In this document: positions 1-9,256 of the stretch, one piece after another
Layout of the letters: each line of letters begins with the position of its first letter
Position numbering within the stretch: the first letter of the stretch is position 1
Source: Rhodospirillales bacterium
Lineage (GTDB): Bacteria > Pseudomonadota > Alphaproteobacteria > CACIAM-22H2
DNA length: 64,000 bases
Assembly (NCBI GenBank): GCA_947445225.1
Contig: CANFCX010000001.1
Coordinates: 88,287 to 152,286 of the forward strand
Direction: 5' to 3'
Position numbers and translations under genes: made by a program
The notes under the pieces: generated by a model
Databases searched by the model: none
The model's input: only the letters and a program-made list of their open reading frames with translations
Told to the model about the DNA's origin: nothing

Positions 1-305
1 GCGCCCGAGGCCGCGACCAAGGCCTTGGTGCGTTCCTGCAACGCGGCGTTGGCCTGGCCTTCGCTGCTTTCGATTAGGAACGCCGCGGCCGCCGGGTCCA
101 TTACCGCGTTCGCGGCCGTCGCGTCGGCGCCCCGACCGCGGTAATCCGCCAGCAACCGATGCAGCGACGCGACCGCCGCCCGGTCGGCCGCAAAACGCGC
201 CAGCGCGGGATCCAGGATCAGCCCATACCCACCCGCCAACACCACGAACAGGAGCGCCACGGCGAGAAGGCGCGACACCAGGCGCGTTACCATTGAGTCG
301 CTCAT
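1..305 (-). CDS. gspM: Type II secretion system protein M (GspM), partial; 3' end lies beyond the window start
   Basis: Reverse-strand ATG at 305 overlaps the gspL stop (ATGA). Translation MSDSMVTRLVSRLLAVALLFVVLAGGYGLILDPALARF... has a single N-terminal TM helix. Its position directly after gspL in the operon fits GspM. Confidence 0.55.
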   Translation of the reverse strand, partial: MSDSMVTRLVSRLLAVALLFVVLAGGYGLILDPALARFAADRAAVASLHRLLADYRGRGADATAANAVMDPAAAAFLIESSEGQANAALQERTKALVAASG

Positions 306-1354
306 CGCGTGGGTTCCAATTCGATGGCGAATTGGAATCGATCCAGCCGGTTGCCGGCATCGCGCGTCACGGGCGCGGTGAAGGTCAGCTTGCCGAAATA
401 GGGCTCGGCTTCGATGGGCTTGACCAGAGCGGTGGCGGAGGCCGACACACCCTCGATTGTCAAATCCCGGCCGGAAAGCGTGAGGTAAGACAGGTAGGTA
501 TCGTCGGGCAAAGCGCGGGTAAGACCGTGAAGGACAAGAGTCACCGGTGGCGTGCCCGATTTTAGGGCGACGATGCGGCCGAGCAGGGCCGTATCGCGTT
601 CGCCCGCCTGCCGTCGCGCGAGAATGGAACCGGAATCCGCGCGCAACGCGTCGGCCTCGGCGCGCAAGCCGCGGATTTCCCATTGCACCCTCAACCAGGG
701 CGAAAGGATGGCGAAGATGAGAGCGATGGCACAGGCGATCGCCAGCCCGTGGCTGGAAATGTCCAGGCTTGCCCCGGATTTCGCCGTCCGTGAGAGGCGC
801 AAGACCGTTACCGGCGCCCCGCCATCGCCGGCGACCTGAACCGCCGCCGGCCCGACCCCGGCCTGAGCCAGCACCGCGAGGTGGCTGTCGACGATGGCCT
901 TGGGCACGGTCGTCAGCGCAACGTCCATGCTCCGTTCCCCGGCGTTGCGGGCAAGGATGACGTGGTGGGCGTAGACCTGATCGTGCCGAAAGGGGGTGTG
1001 GCGTTCGATTTCGAACTCGATCGCCTTGGCCAGATCCGGCTCCGCCGCCAGCGGCACCTTCACCGTTTTTCGCAGAGCCCAGGCCGCCGGCAACACAACC
1101 ACAGCGTCGACGACGCCAAGCCGGGCGACGACCATGCGGAGCCTCGCGGCCGCCGCGCCGGTCTCGATCGCCTCGCGGTGGGCCGATTCCAAGGTTCTTT
1201 CGCGGCCCCCTTCGGCCAGACGAATCGCCCAGCCATCGTCGGAAACGGCGATGACAAGGCGCCGATCGCCGAGCCAGCTTCGCAAGCCGGCCGGCAGCAG
1301 GGCCGCGAGTTCGCCGCCCCACCAGCCGAAAAATCGGGCCAACATCGACATCAT
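302..1354 (-). CDS. gspL: Type II secretion system protein L (GspL)
   Basis: 350-aa ORF with a cytoplasmic N-domain, one TM helix (GLAIACAIALIFAILSPWL) and a periplasmic C-domain. It sits between gspK and gspM in a complete pseudopilin operon. Confidence 0.7.
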   Translation of the reverse strand: MMSMLARFFGWWGGELAALLPAGLRSWLGDRRLVIAVSDDGWAIRLAEGGRERTLESAHREAIETGAAAARLRMVVARLGVVDAVVVLPAAWALRKTVKVPLAAEPDLAKAIEFEIERHTPFRHDQVYAHHVILARNAGERSMDVALTTVPKAIVDSHLAVLAQAGVGPAAVQVAGDGGAPVTVLRLSRTAKSGASLDISSHGLAIACAIALIFAILSPWLRVQWEIRGLRAEADALRADSGSILARRQAGERDTALLGRIVALKSGTPPVTLVLHGLTRALPDDTYLSYLTLSGRDLTIEGVSASATALVKPIEAEPYFGKLTFTAPVTRDAGNRLDRFQFAIELEPTR

Positions 1355-1422
1355 GGGCGTCTACTTCCCCGCATCGCCGGAACCGTACTCAATCGTCTGG
1401 CGCACGACAATCGACCCTGGAA

Positions 1423-2307
1423 TCAGGGACCGCGCCATGACAACACCGCATAAGGCTCGTCGTTCCGCCCGGTAAGCCAGATCAGCGCGGCGCATTGTAC
1501 CCGAGCGCCGCCGTCGGCCTCCGCCGAAACCGCGATTGTATAGCCAAGTCCAAGCGAGGGGCTGAACACACCGTTGACGTCGTTGAGCGGCGCCGCCTGT
1601 TCGCCGTTCGGCGGCGCGGCGGCGCGAAGCCGCAGGAACACCTCGATTTCCGCCGGATCGAGGCCAGGCAAGGCCCGCAGCAACGTCGGCGGAGCCGTCC
1701 ACGGATCGACGCCGGGCGCACCGGAATGGGCGGTCAGCCACGGTGCCGCGCGCCGAAAAACCTCGTCATCCATGCCCAGAAGCTGGCGGATTTCTTCGAC
1801 CGTCTCGAAAGGCGCGTTGCGGGGACCGTGATCGAGTCCGGCGCGGCGATAGTCGGCGGATTCCGCCCCGCCCGGGCGGCGCAGTTCGTCCGCGTCGCGC
1901 CAATCGATCGCCGCGTCGGCCAGGCGGAGGGCGTGTTCGCTGGGCAGACCCGCCGCGACAAAAGCCGCGGCGATTAGCCCACCGGCCGCCGCGTTCAGGT
2001 CGACCTTGCCGCCCTCGTCGGTGATGGCGATGCCAAGCCGGAATTCCTCAAAGGCCTGGGCGTGGGGCCGTCCATCTGCGGCCAGTGTCGCCCGGCGTTC
2101 CGGATCGAGCAGCCAGACGATCCCGCGATGAATGCCGGCGGTGCAGGCATGGCCCGCGCGGGCGTGGTCAATCGCATTGCGCGCGATCCGCGCCTCCGTC
2201 CGCGCCGTGGCCCCGACCGCGACGAGCACCGCGGCTAGCAGGGCCAAGCTCCACAGAACCACGACAAGGGCGCTGCCGCTCTCCCGCCGGCGGGTCGGGC
2301 TCATCAT
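1423..2307 (-). CDS. gspK: T2SS minor pseudopilin GspK
   Basis: Start MMSPTRRRESGSALVVVLWSLALLAAVL lies directly after the gspJ stop. It has a prepilin-like hydrophobic N-terminus, and its ~295-aa size is typical of GspK. The ORF-track 5' extension was discarded. Confidence 0.75.
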   Translation of the reverse strand: MMSPTRRRESGSALVVVLWSLALLAAVLVAVGATARTEARIARNAIDHARAGHACTAGIHRGIVWLLDPERRATLAADGRPHAQAFEEFRLGIAITDEGGKVDLNAAAGGLIAAAFVAAGLPSEHALRLADAAIDWRDADELRRPGGAESADYRRAGLDHGPRNAPFETVEEIRQLLGMDDEVFRRAAPWLTAHSGAPGVDPWTAPPTLLRALPGLDPAEIEVFLRLRAAAPPNGEQAAPLNDVNGVFSPSLGLGYTIAVSAEADGGARVQCAALIWLTGRNDEPYAVLSWRGP

Positions 2308-2924
2308 TGGCGAATTGCCTCGGCCCGCAGGGGCACCAGCAAATCGGGCCAGGCGGGTCCGCGATCGCCGGCGATCTCGATATGCACGCGGATCAGCGCC
2401 GGAAGACCGGTGGCGCTGCGCCATTCATCCTGCCAGCCCGGCCGCTCCGGCGATGGCCGATCGGAAAACACCGGCGCGCCGTAATAGGCCAAGCGCAGCG
2501 ATCGGACGCCGCTCGCCAGCACGATGCGCTCGCCGCTGGCGGTCCGGCGATCGAAAGCCGTTGCCGCTCTGCGTTCGAGCACGAGCCGACCGGCGCCGGC
2601 ATCGTCCTCCAAGGCCAGGCGCATGTGGTAGAGCCCGCCCCCGGCCCCGCCGGAGGCGAGGAACATGACCGATCCCGGCGCGCCGGCGAAATCGGCACGG
2701 TCGGCGGCGCCCCCCGGCACGGCCGATGAAAATTGCCGGCGCAACACACCATCGAGGCCGCGCCGCAGATCGAGCGACTCCGCTTCGGCATCGAGGCGCC
2801 CGAGCGTCGCCGCGCCGATCCTCAATCCGTCGAAAAGGAGAACCAAGATAAGGCCGAAGAGGGCCAGGCCGATGATGACCTCGATCAGGCTGAATCCCGA
2901 CTGGGCGGCGGCTCTCCGGTTCAT
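2304..2924 (-). CDS. gspJ: T2SS minor pseudopilin GspJ
   Basis: Prepilin N-terminus MNRRAAAQSGFSLIEVIIGLALFGLIL (G-F cleavage motif followed by the conserved E). The start abuts the gspI stop. Confidence 0.8.
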   Translation of the reverse strand: MNRRAAAQSGFSLIEVIIGLALFGLILVLLFDGLRIGAATLGRLDAEAESLDLRRGLDGVLRRQFSSAVPGGAADRADFAGAPGSVMFLASGGAGGGLYHMRLALEDDAGAGRLVLERRAATAFDRRTASGERIVLASGVRSLRLAYYGAPVFSDRPSPERPGWQDEWRSATGLPALIRVHIEIAGDRGPAWPDLLVPLRAEAIRQ

Positions 2925-3325
2925 CGGCCGGGCTCCGCGGCCAGCAGCGTCGTGGCGAGATCGACGCGGCGCGCATTCCCCCACGACACCGTGACGTTGA
3001 CCAGATAGGCGCGCACGGGTTGCGGCTCGCCGCCGGCCGAGGCGGATTCGCCCCGCTTCACCTCGCGCCGCCAGTCGAAGCCGCCTTCGGCCTCTCCGGT
3101 CTGCGTCCCCACCTCGATCCGCGTGAGAACCCCGGATTCGGCCAGTTTCGACTCGGCCAGGGCAAGGGCCATCTGATAACGCCGCGCCGAATCGGCGCCG
3201 CCGAGGCTGCCGGCGAAACCGGGCAGCAAGATCAGCAACGCCGCCGCCACCAAAGCGAAAGCGACGACGATTTCGATCAGGCTGAACCCAGCCTCCCGCC
3301 GCCGCGCGCTTCGGCGGTTGAGCAT
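2921..3325 (-). CDS. gspI: T2SS minor pseudopilin GspI
   Basis: MLNRRSARRREAGFSLIEIVVAFALVAAALLIL prepilin N-terminus. Its ~135-aa size fits GspI. Confidence 0.8.
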   Translation of the reverse strand: MLNRRSARRREAGFSLIEIVVAFALVAAALLILLPGFAGSLGGADSARRYQMALALAESKLAESGVLTRIEVGTQTGEAEGGFDWRREVKRGESASAGGEPQPVRAYLVNVTVSWGNARRVDLATTLLAAEPGR

Positions 3326-3329
3326 GGCG

Positions 3330-3782
3330 TCAATCGCGCGTCGAAACGCGGCCGGTGACCTGATCAACCGCGATCTCCCGCGAAAGCCCTCCGCGCCCAA
3401 GCGCGAAGCGGCCGCCGCTCGATCCGCCATCGGCGAAAAAGGTCAGGGCCGCGGTGCCGGCCTTGCCGCCCGGTCCGGCGAAAGCGATGCGGTCGACCGC
3501 CGCGGTCGGCAATTTTCGCACAGCCCCATCGAAATCATAGGAAGTCCCATCGGCGCCGACGGCGACTCGAATCTCCCGGTTCTCGCGGATGGCGAGGCTG
3601 CGCGCCTCGCGCAGCGCCGCCGCCAGCTCGCGCGCCGAGGCGCCAAGCCGCGCGCCCTCGGTCGCCGCAGGGAAATTTGGCAGGACCAACACCACGAACA
3701 GCCCCAGGATGGCCAGCGCCACCATGATCTCGACCAAGGTGAAGCCGCCCTGGCGGCGGTTCAGCGCCCCCCGGCGGGTCAC
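3330..3782 (-). CDS. gspH: T2SS minor pseudopilin GspH
   Basis: There is no ATG upstream of the prepilin motif RRQGGFTLVEIMVALAILGL. A GTG start at 3782 overlaps the gspG stop (GTGA). Confidence 0.7.
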   Translation of the reverse strand: MTRRGALNRRQGGFTLVEIMVALAILGLFVVLVLPNFPAATEGARLGASARELAAALREARSLAIRENREIRVAVGADGTSYDFDGAVRKLPTAAVDRIAFAGPGGKAGTAALTFFADGGSSGGRFALGRGGLSREIAVDQVTGRVSTRD

Positions 3783-4222
3783 CGCCAATTGCCGATGTCC
3801 CGGTTTTCGCCCTCGCCGCCGTCGACACCGTCGGCGCCCAGCGAATACAAATCGAAAGGCCGGCCGTCGCGGCCGGGCACGCGATATTGATAGGGACGAT
3901 CCCAGGGATCGCGGGGCACACTCGCGCTTTTGAGATACGGTCCGTTCCACCGTGCATTTCCGGCCGGGCGCGCCACCAATGCGGTCAGACCCTCGGTTTC
4001 ACTCGGGTAGCGGCCGACATCCAGCCGCAGAAGCTCCAGCGTCGTCGCCAGATTTTCGATTTGCAGCTTTGTGGTCTCGGTTTTCGCGCGGCCGAAATAA
4101 TCGACGACGCGCGGTCCCACCAGGCCGATGAGAAGACCGAGAATGGCGAGCACGACCAGCAACTCGATCAACGTGAACCCACGTTGGTCGCGCTTGGTTT
4201 TTCGACTGGATTGCGTGGACAA
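3779..4222 (-). CDS. gspG: T2SS major pseudopilin GspG
   Basis: ...KRDQRGFTLIELLVVLAILGLLIGLVGPRV is a canonical GspG N-terminus. It has no ATG; a TTG at 4222 (with a GGGAGG SD 12 nt upstream) is preferred over the ORF-track GTG at 4252. Confidence 0.85.
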   Translation of the reverse strand: MSTQSSRKTKRDQRGFTLIELLVVLAILGLLIGLVGPRVVDYFGRAKTETTKLQIENLATTLELLRLDVGRYPSETEGLTALVARPAGNARWNGPYLKSASVPRDPWDRPYQYRVPGRDGRPFDLYSLGADGVDGGEGENRDIGNWR

Positions 4223-4241
4223 CGAAATTCGAGCCTCCCGC

Positions 4242-5486
4242 CTAACCGGCACCGCCCAGATCGTAGACGGCGAAGACCGCCCCGAACAGAGTCAGCATCA
4301 ATCCCGCGATAAGAACACCGAGAAGAATGACGGCGGCCGGCGTGACCAGGGCAACCAGGCGCTGGGTCGCGGCCTTGACCTCACCCTCGAAAATATCGGC
4401 CGCCTTGGCCAGCATCGGGGCCAGCCGCCCCGTCTCCTCTCCCAACCGCGCCATTTCGACGAGTACTGTCGGAAAAACCCCGGCGGCGAGGAGAGAAGCC
4501 GCCAGCGATTGGCCTTCGCGAAGTTTGACCGCGGCCCCGCCGATGGCCACCGCGAAGGCCCTGTTGGCGGCGACATCGGCCGCCGCCGCCAAGGCATTAG
4601 GCAAAGCGACCCCGCCATCGACCAGCGCGGACAGGGCGCGGGCAAACCTTTCGGCCTCGATGCGCAGGATCAGCGGCCCGACCACTCTCAAATCGAGCAA
4701 CACCCGGTCGAATCGGTGGCGAAAGGCGGGATCGTTCAAACGCCAGCGGGCGGTCGCGGCGGCGCCGGCGAGCGCCAACACCAACAGCCATCCATAACTT
4801 TCCACGAACCGGGCGAGCGCGATCACCGCCGCCGTCGCCAGCGGCAGGTCCCGACCCAGACCACTCAGCACCGCCTCAAAACGGGGGATCACGAAGCCAA
4901 GAAGAAAAACCGCGGAGACCACGGCGACCGCGGCCACGACCGCCGGGTAGAGCAGCGCCGCGCTCAGCGCTTCCTCCGTCTCCCGCGACCGTTCAAGTAC
5001 ACGGGCGAGGCGGGCCAACGCGGCATCCAAGCCGCCACCGGCTTCGCCCGCGGCGATCATCGCGACATGAAGGGGCGCGAAAATCGGGGCCTCCCGCGCC
5101 GCCGCGCGGGACAGCTCCTCACCCGAGCGGACGGCGTTGGCAAGCCTTTGCGCCAAGGCGCGCAAACCCGGCGGACGCGACAGGTCGGCGAGCACGCGCA
5201 AGGCGTGATCGACGGCCAGACCCGCTCCAACCAAGGTCGCCAGCTCACGCACGAACAACGCTAGCTCGGCCCGCGACGGGCGCGACAGGCGGTTGAAGGC
5301 GAAAAAATCGACGAAGGTCCGGCGCCCCGCCGGTACGGGCTCGTTCGCCGCGATATCTTCGGCCGATAAGGGATATTGGCCACCGGCGTGAAGACGGTCC
5401 ACGGCGGCGGCGCGATCGGGCGCCTCGATGCGGCCTTCCACGATTTCGCCCGATGGCGCCACGGCCTTGTAACGGAAAACCGGCAT
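4242..5486 (-). CDS. gspF: T2SS inner-membrane platform protein GspF
   Basis: MPVFRYKAVAPSGEIVEGRIEAPDRAAAVDRLHAGGQYPL... carries two GspF/PilC repeats and has a ~414-aa size. The ORF-track 5' extension of 115 codons was discarded. Confidence 0.9.
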   Translation of the reverse strand: MPVFRYKAVAPSGEIVEGRIEAPDRAAAVDRLHAGGQYPLSAEDIAANEPVPAGRRTFVDFFAFNRLSRPSRAELALFVRELATLVGAGLAVDHALRVLADLSRPPGLRALAQRLANAVRSGEELSRAAAREAPIFAPLHVAMIAAGEAGGGLDAALARLARVLERSRETEEALSAALLYPAVVAAVAVVSAVFLLGFVIPRFEAVLSGLGRDLPLATAAVIALARFVESYGWLLVLALAGAAATARWRLNDPAFRHRFDRVLLDLRVVGPLILRIEAERFARALSALVDGGVALPNALAAAADVAANRAFAVAIGGAAVKLREGQSLAASLLAAGVFPTVLVEMARLGEETGRLAPMLAKAADIFEGEVKAATQRLVALVTPAAVILLGVLIAGLMLTLFGAVFAVYDLGGAG

Positions 5487-5506
5487 TTTCGATGGCCAGG
5501 CCTGGA

Positions 5507-7207
5507 TCAGGCGGCGCCGGTTACGCGTAACACTTCTTCGATCGAAGTCTGGCCGGCGACCGCCTTGGCCAGACCGTCGTCCCGCAATCCCGCCATGCCC
5601 GCCCGGCGCGCGGCGGCGCGAAAAACCACCGGATCGGCGCGACCCAGGATAAGGCCGCGGATTTCCTCGTTCATCGGCAACAATTCGGCGATGGCGGTGC
5701 GCCCGATGTAACCGGTGCCGTTGCAGGCCGGGCAGCCGACGGGTTCCCAGGCCTCGATCGCACGGTCGCCCAAGCCCCAACCGGCGGCGCGGGCGGCCGG
5801 AATCTGCCGCGGTCGCCGACAGGCATGGCACAGGGTCCGCACCAGGCGTTGGGCCAACACCGCACGCAGCGAGGCGGTCAAAAGGTAATCCTCGACCCCC
5901 ATATCCATGAGCCGCGTCACCGTGCCGACGGCATCGTTGGTGTGGACCGTCGACAACACGAGATGGCCGGTCAGCGCGGCCTGAACGGCGATCGCGGCGG
6001 TTTCCAAATCGCGGATTTCGCCGATCATAAGAACGTCGGGATCGTGGCGCAGGACCGACCGCAGGATATGGGCAAAGGTCAGGCCGATCTGCGGTTTCAC
6101 CTGGATCTGGTTGACGCCGGGAATCTGGTATTCGACCGGGTCTTCGGCGGTGACGATATTACGCTCCGGCCGGTTGAGAAGTTCGAGCGCGGCGTAAAGC
6201 GTGGTTGTCTTGCCGCTTCCCGTCGGCCCGGTGACGAGGATAATTCCATTGGGCAGCGAGAGCAGCTCCCGGATGCCGATCTCCAGGCCGGTCCCGAAGC
6301 CCAACCGGCCGAGATCGAGCGGTGCCCGCGCCTTGTCGAGCAGCCGCAGCACCACGCTTTCCCCGTGCAAAGTCGGAACGATGGAAACGCGGATGTCGAT
6401 GTCGCGCCCCTGCACGGAGACACGGCAACGCCCATCCTGCGGCAGACGGCGTTCGCCGATGTCGAGGCCGGCCATGACCTTGATACGTGTACAGACCGGC
6501 GCGTGCAGCCGTTTTTGCGGCGGTTCGATCTCGCGCAAGGCGCCATCGATGCGCAGCCGCAATTTCAGCCTGTCCTCGAAGGGTTCGATATGGATATCGG
6601 AGGCCCGCGCGAGAACGGCCTGGGTCACAATCGCGTTGACCAAACGGATGACCGGCGCCTCGGACGCCAGATCCTTAAGGCGCTCCACATCGTCGGGACT
6701 GGCGAGGGCATCGGTCGAGGCGGCAGCTTCGTTTGCGTTCGCCTCCCGGCCCAAGCCGTAGAGGCGTTCCACCGCCCGTTCGAGTTCGCCGGGCAGGGCG
6801 ACGGCGGGTAGGACTTTCTTCCCGATCAGGAGCTGGACGGCCTCGATGGCAAAACGATCGGTCGGATCGGCCATGGCCAGCACGAGGGCGTCCGGCCGCT
6901 CCGCCACCGGCATGACGCGCGAGCGGCGGAGGAAGGCGGCGGTGATGCGTTCGGCCAGCAACGGGAGCGTGGGGTAATCCTCGGCGCGATAAAAGGCCAG
7001 CCCGAGATGGGCGGCCAGCGCTTCGGCCATGTCGGGCTCGGAAACCAGGCCAAGGCGCGTGAGAATCACCGGATCACTTTCGCCGCTGGCCGCGCGCAGG
7101 GCGAAAAGCCGCTGGCGATGCGTCGCATCGAGCTTCCCGCGCTCGATCAACAGGTCGACCAGCCCATTGGAGATCGCTAGTTCACCCACGCGCCCGCCCG
7201 ATTCCAT
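5507..7207 (-). CDS. gspE: T2SS ATPase GspE
   Basis: 566-aa ORF with Walker A GPTGSGKTTTLYAAL, the CxxC...CxxC tetracysteine (CPACNGTGYIG..CHAC) and an N-terminal GspE N1 domain. Confidence 0.9.
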   Translation of the reverse strand: MESGGRVGELAISNGLVDLLIERGKLDATHRQRLFALRAASGESDPVILTRLGLVSEPDMAEALAAHLGLAFYRAEDYPTLPLLAERITAAFLRRSRVMPVAERPDALVLAMADPTDRFAIEAVQLLIGKKVLPAVALPGELERAVERLYGLGREANANEAAASTDALASPDDVERLKDLASEAPVIRLVNAIVTQAVLARASDIHIEPFEDRLKLRLRIDGALREIEPPQKRLHAPVCTRIKVMAGLDIGERRLPQDGRCRVSVQGRDIDIRVSIVPTLHGESVVLRLLDKARAPLDLGRLGFGTGLEIGIRELLSLPNGIILVTGPTGSGKTTTLYAALELLNRPERNIVTAEDPVEYQIPGVNQIQVKPQIGLTFAHILRSVLRHDPDVLMIGEIRDLETAAIAVQAALTGHLVLSTVHTNDAVGTVTRLMDMGVEDYLLTASLRAVLAQRLVRTLCHACRRPRQIPAARAAGWGLGDRAIEAWEPVGCPACNGTGYIGRTAIAELLPMNEEIRGLILGRADPVVFRAAARRAGMAGLRDDGLAKAVAGQTSIEEVLRVTGAA

Positions 7208-7245
7208 ATCTATGTGTGTTCTGGGAAAAAGCGCCCAGCCGGAGA

Positions 7246-7794
7246 CTATTCAATGGGCAGGGGACCGTAAAGCCACACCAGCCAGAGGGCGAGGGCAAGA
7301 AACGGCCCAAAAGCAATCGAACGGTCGAGACTCGCCTCGCGATTGAACATCCGCCGTAGGCCGAAACCCGCAAGCCCGGCGAGCGCAGCAATCAAGACGA
7401 CACTCGGCAGACCTTGCCAACCAACCCAGGCCCCGGCCGCGGCCATCAGCTTGGCGTCGCCCAAGCCAAGCCCGTCACGCCCGCGCCAACGCCGGTAGAG
7501 AGCAGCCACCAAGGCGAAGGCCGCATAACCGGCGATGGCGCCGAGCCCGCGGTCGTCAAGGGGACCGCCGTCAATCGCGGCCAGGGCGAGGCCGGCGGCG
7601 GCGAGGGGTAGAGTTAATGTGTCCGGAAGGATGCCGCGCCGGACATCGATAACGGCCAAGGCCACCAGAACCCCGGCCAGCCCGCAGGACGCCGCGAGAT
7701 CGAGCCCATCGCGCAGGCTCGCGGCCCATAACGCCAGCCCCGCTGTCCCCATAATGGCGCCAATAATCGCCCAAACCGGAAACCGTGCCATCAC
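7246..7794 (-). CDS. gspO: A24-family prepilin peptidase (short form, lacking the N-terminal methyltransferase/zinc-finger domain)
   Basis: 182-aa polytopic membrane protein with a GDAKLMAAAGAWVGW motif typical of PilD/GspO/TadV peptidases. It lies directly upstream of gspE. Confidence 0.65.
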   Translation of the reverse strand: MMARFPVWAIIGAIMGTAGLALWAASLRDGLDLAASCGLAGVLVALAVIDVRRGILPDTLTLPLAAAGLALAAIDGGPLDDRGLGAIAGYAAFALVAALYRRWRGRDGLGLGDAKLMAAAGAWVGWQGLPSVVLIAALAGLAGFGLRRMFNREASLDRSIAFGPFLALALWLVWLYGPLPIE

Positions 7795-7881
7795 GAAATC
7801 GCAACACCTCGGCGCTTGCCTGGCAGCCGGGAGCCGACTAATCTAATATCAGAAAAAAGAAGTGCATCAGGGGGGGCGATC

Positions 7882-9225
7882 ATGACGATGTCTGGCAAGT
7901 CCGTCGCTTGGGTAGCCGCCTTGGGATTGGCCTGGGGTTTGTTGGGGGCAGCGCCCGGCCTATCCGCGACGCTACCGCATTTCGCAGAGGATTCGCATCT
8001 CGGCGTGACCTCTTGCGCCGGCAGCACCTGCCACGGCGCGGTCGAGCCCTGGAAGGATTCCACGGTTCTCCAAAACGAATACATCACCTGGCAGCGCCAG
8101 GATAAACACGCCAAGGCCTATCAGATTCTGCTCAACGAACGGTCGCAGCGCATCGCGAAGAATTTGGGCCTGCCCAACGCCCATACCGCGGAAATCTGCC
8201 TCGACTGCCATGCCGACAACCCCGCCGCGAACAAACGCGGACGCCAGTTCCAGGTCAGCGACGGCGTCGGTTGCGAAGCCTGCCACGGCGGCGCTCAGCG
8301 CTGGCTCGGCATTCACATCGCCGGGACCGGCAGCCACCAGGACAATATCGCCGCCGGCATGTATCCGACGGAAAACGCCGTCGATCGGGCCAAACTCTGC
8401 GTGTCCTGCCATTTCGGCGACACGCGTAAGTTCGTCACCCATCGGATCATGGGCGCCGGCCATCCGCGCATGAGTTTCGAGCTCGATACCTTCACCGCGA
8501 TTCAGCCCGCCCATTACCGCGTCGATGCCGACTATCCGAAGCGCAAACGCGTCTTCACCGGCATGCAGACCTGGGCCATCGGTCAGTCCATCGCGCTGTC
8601 GGAGACCTTGGACGCGTTGCTGGATGCCAAGCGCGGCCGTGACGGCATTTTTCCCGAACTCGTGTTGTTCGATTGCCACAGCTGCCACCACCCGATGAGC
8701 AATTTGCGCTGGGAAGCGCGCGCCAGCACGGGCCTTGGGCCGGGCGTGGTAAAATTCAACGACGCCAACGTCATCATGCTGCGTATCATCGCCGACCGGG
8801 TCGACCCCGAACAGGGCAAGGCGGTCCGTGCGCTCGGCGTCGCCCTGCACACGGCTTCGACCCAAGGGCACGACGCGATGCTGAAAGTGGCGAAGGACCT
8901 GCGCGATGTCAGCGGCAAGCTGACCGATAAATTCGCCGCCCACGTCTTCGGCAAGGACGACATGACCGCCCTGCTGGCCGGTGTGGTCAAGGAAGGCTTG
9001 AACGGGGAATATATCGACTACTCCGCCGCCGAACAGGCGACCATGGCGCTCGGCTCGATCATTACCGCCATGCGCGCCGGCGGCATCATCGATGAAAAGC
9101 AGCAAACCGCGCTCAGCGCAGCCGTGGATAAATGTTATGCGGCGGTGGCCAAGGACGAAGAATATCAACCCAGGACCTTCATTGCCGCGCTTCAATTGGT
9201 CCAGGCCGCGATCCCCAGCTTCTGA
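7882..9225 (+). CDS. Secreted multihaem c-type cytochrome (four CxxCH motifs plus one CxxxxCH)
   Basis: ATG at 7882 preceded by an AGGGGGGG SD. Signal peptide MTMSGKSVAWVAALGLAWGLLGAAPGLSA. Haem motifs: CAGSTCH (CX4CH), CLDCH, CEACH, CVSCH, CHSCH. The C-terminal ~170 aa carry no haem motif. Confidence 0.75.
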   Translation: MTMSGKSVAWVAALGLAWGLLGAAPGLSATLPHFAEDSHLGVTSCAGSTCHGAVEPWKDSTVLQNEYITWQRQDKHAKAYQILLNERSQRIAKNLGLPNAHTAEICLDCHADNPAANKRGRQFQVSDGVGCEACHGGAQRWLGIHIAGTGSHQDNIAAGMYPTENAVDRAKLCVSCHFGDTRKFVTHRIMGAGHPRMSFELDTFTAIQPAHYRVDADYPKRKRVFTGMQTWAIGQSIALSETLDALLDAKRGRDGIFPELVLFDCHSCHHPMSNLRWEARASTGLGPGVVKFNDANVIMLRIIADRVDPEQGKAVRALGVALHTASTQGHDAMLKVAKDLRDVSGKLTDKFAAHVFGKDDMTALLAGVVKEGLNGEYIDYSAAEQATMALGSIITAMRAGGIIDEKQQTALSAAVDKCYAAVAKDEEYQPRTFIAALQLVQAAIPSF

Positions 9226-9256
9226 TCCGACGCCGCGCGCTCCCGGCGGACATGAT

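Noticed and set aside
4128-5264. 378-aa plus-strand ORF antisense to gspF
   Set aside because: Low-complexity Arg/Gly/Gln-rich product overlapping the strongly supported GspF gene. Rejected as a GC artefact.
7882-9225. Identification of the multihaem cytochrome as NrfA (pentahaem nitrite reductase)
   Set aside because: There is no CXXCK lysine-ligated haem motif, and the motif spacing differs from NrfA. It is kept as a generic multihaem cytochrome.
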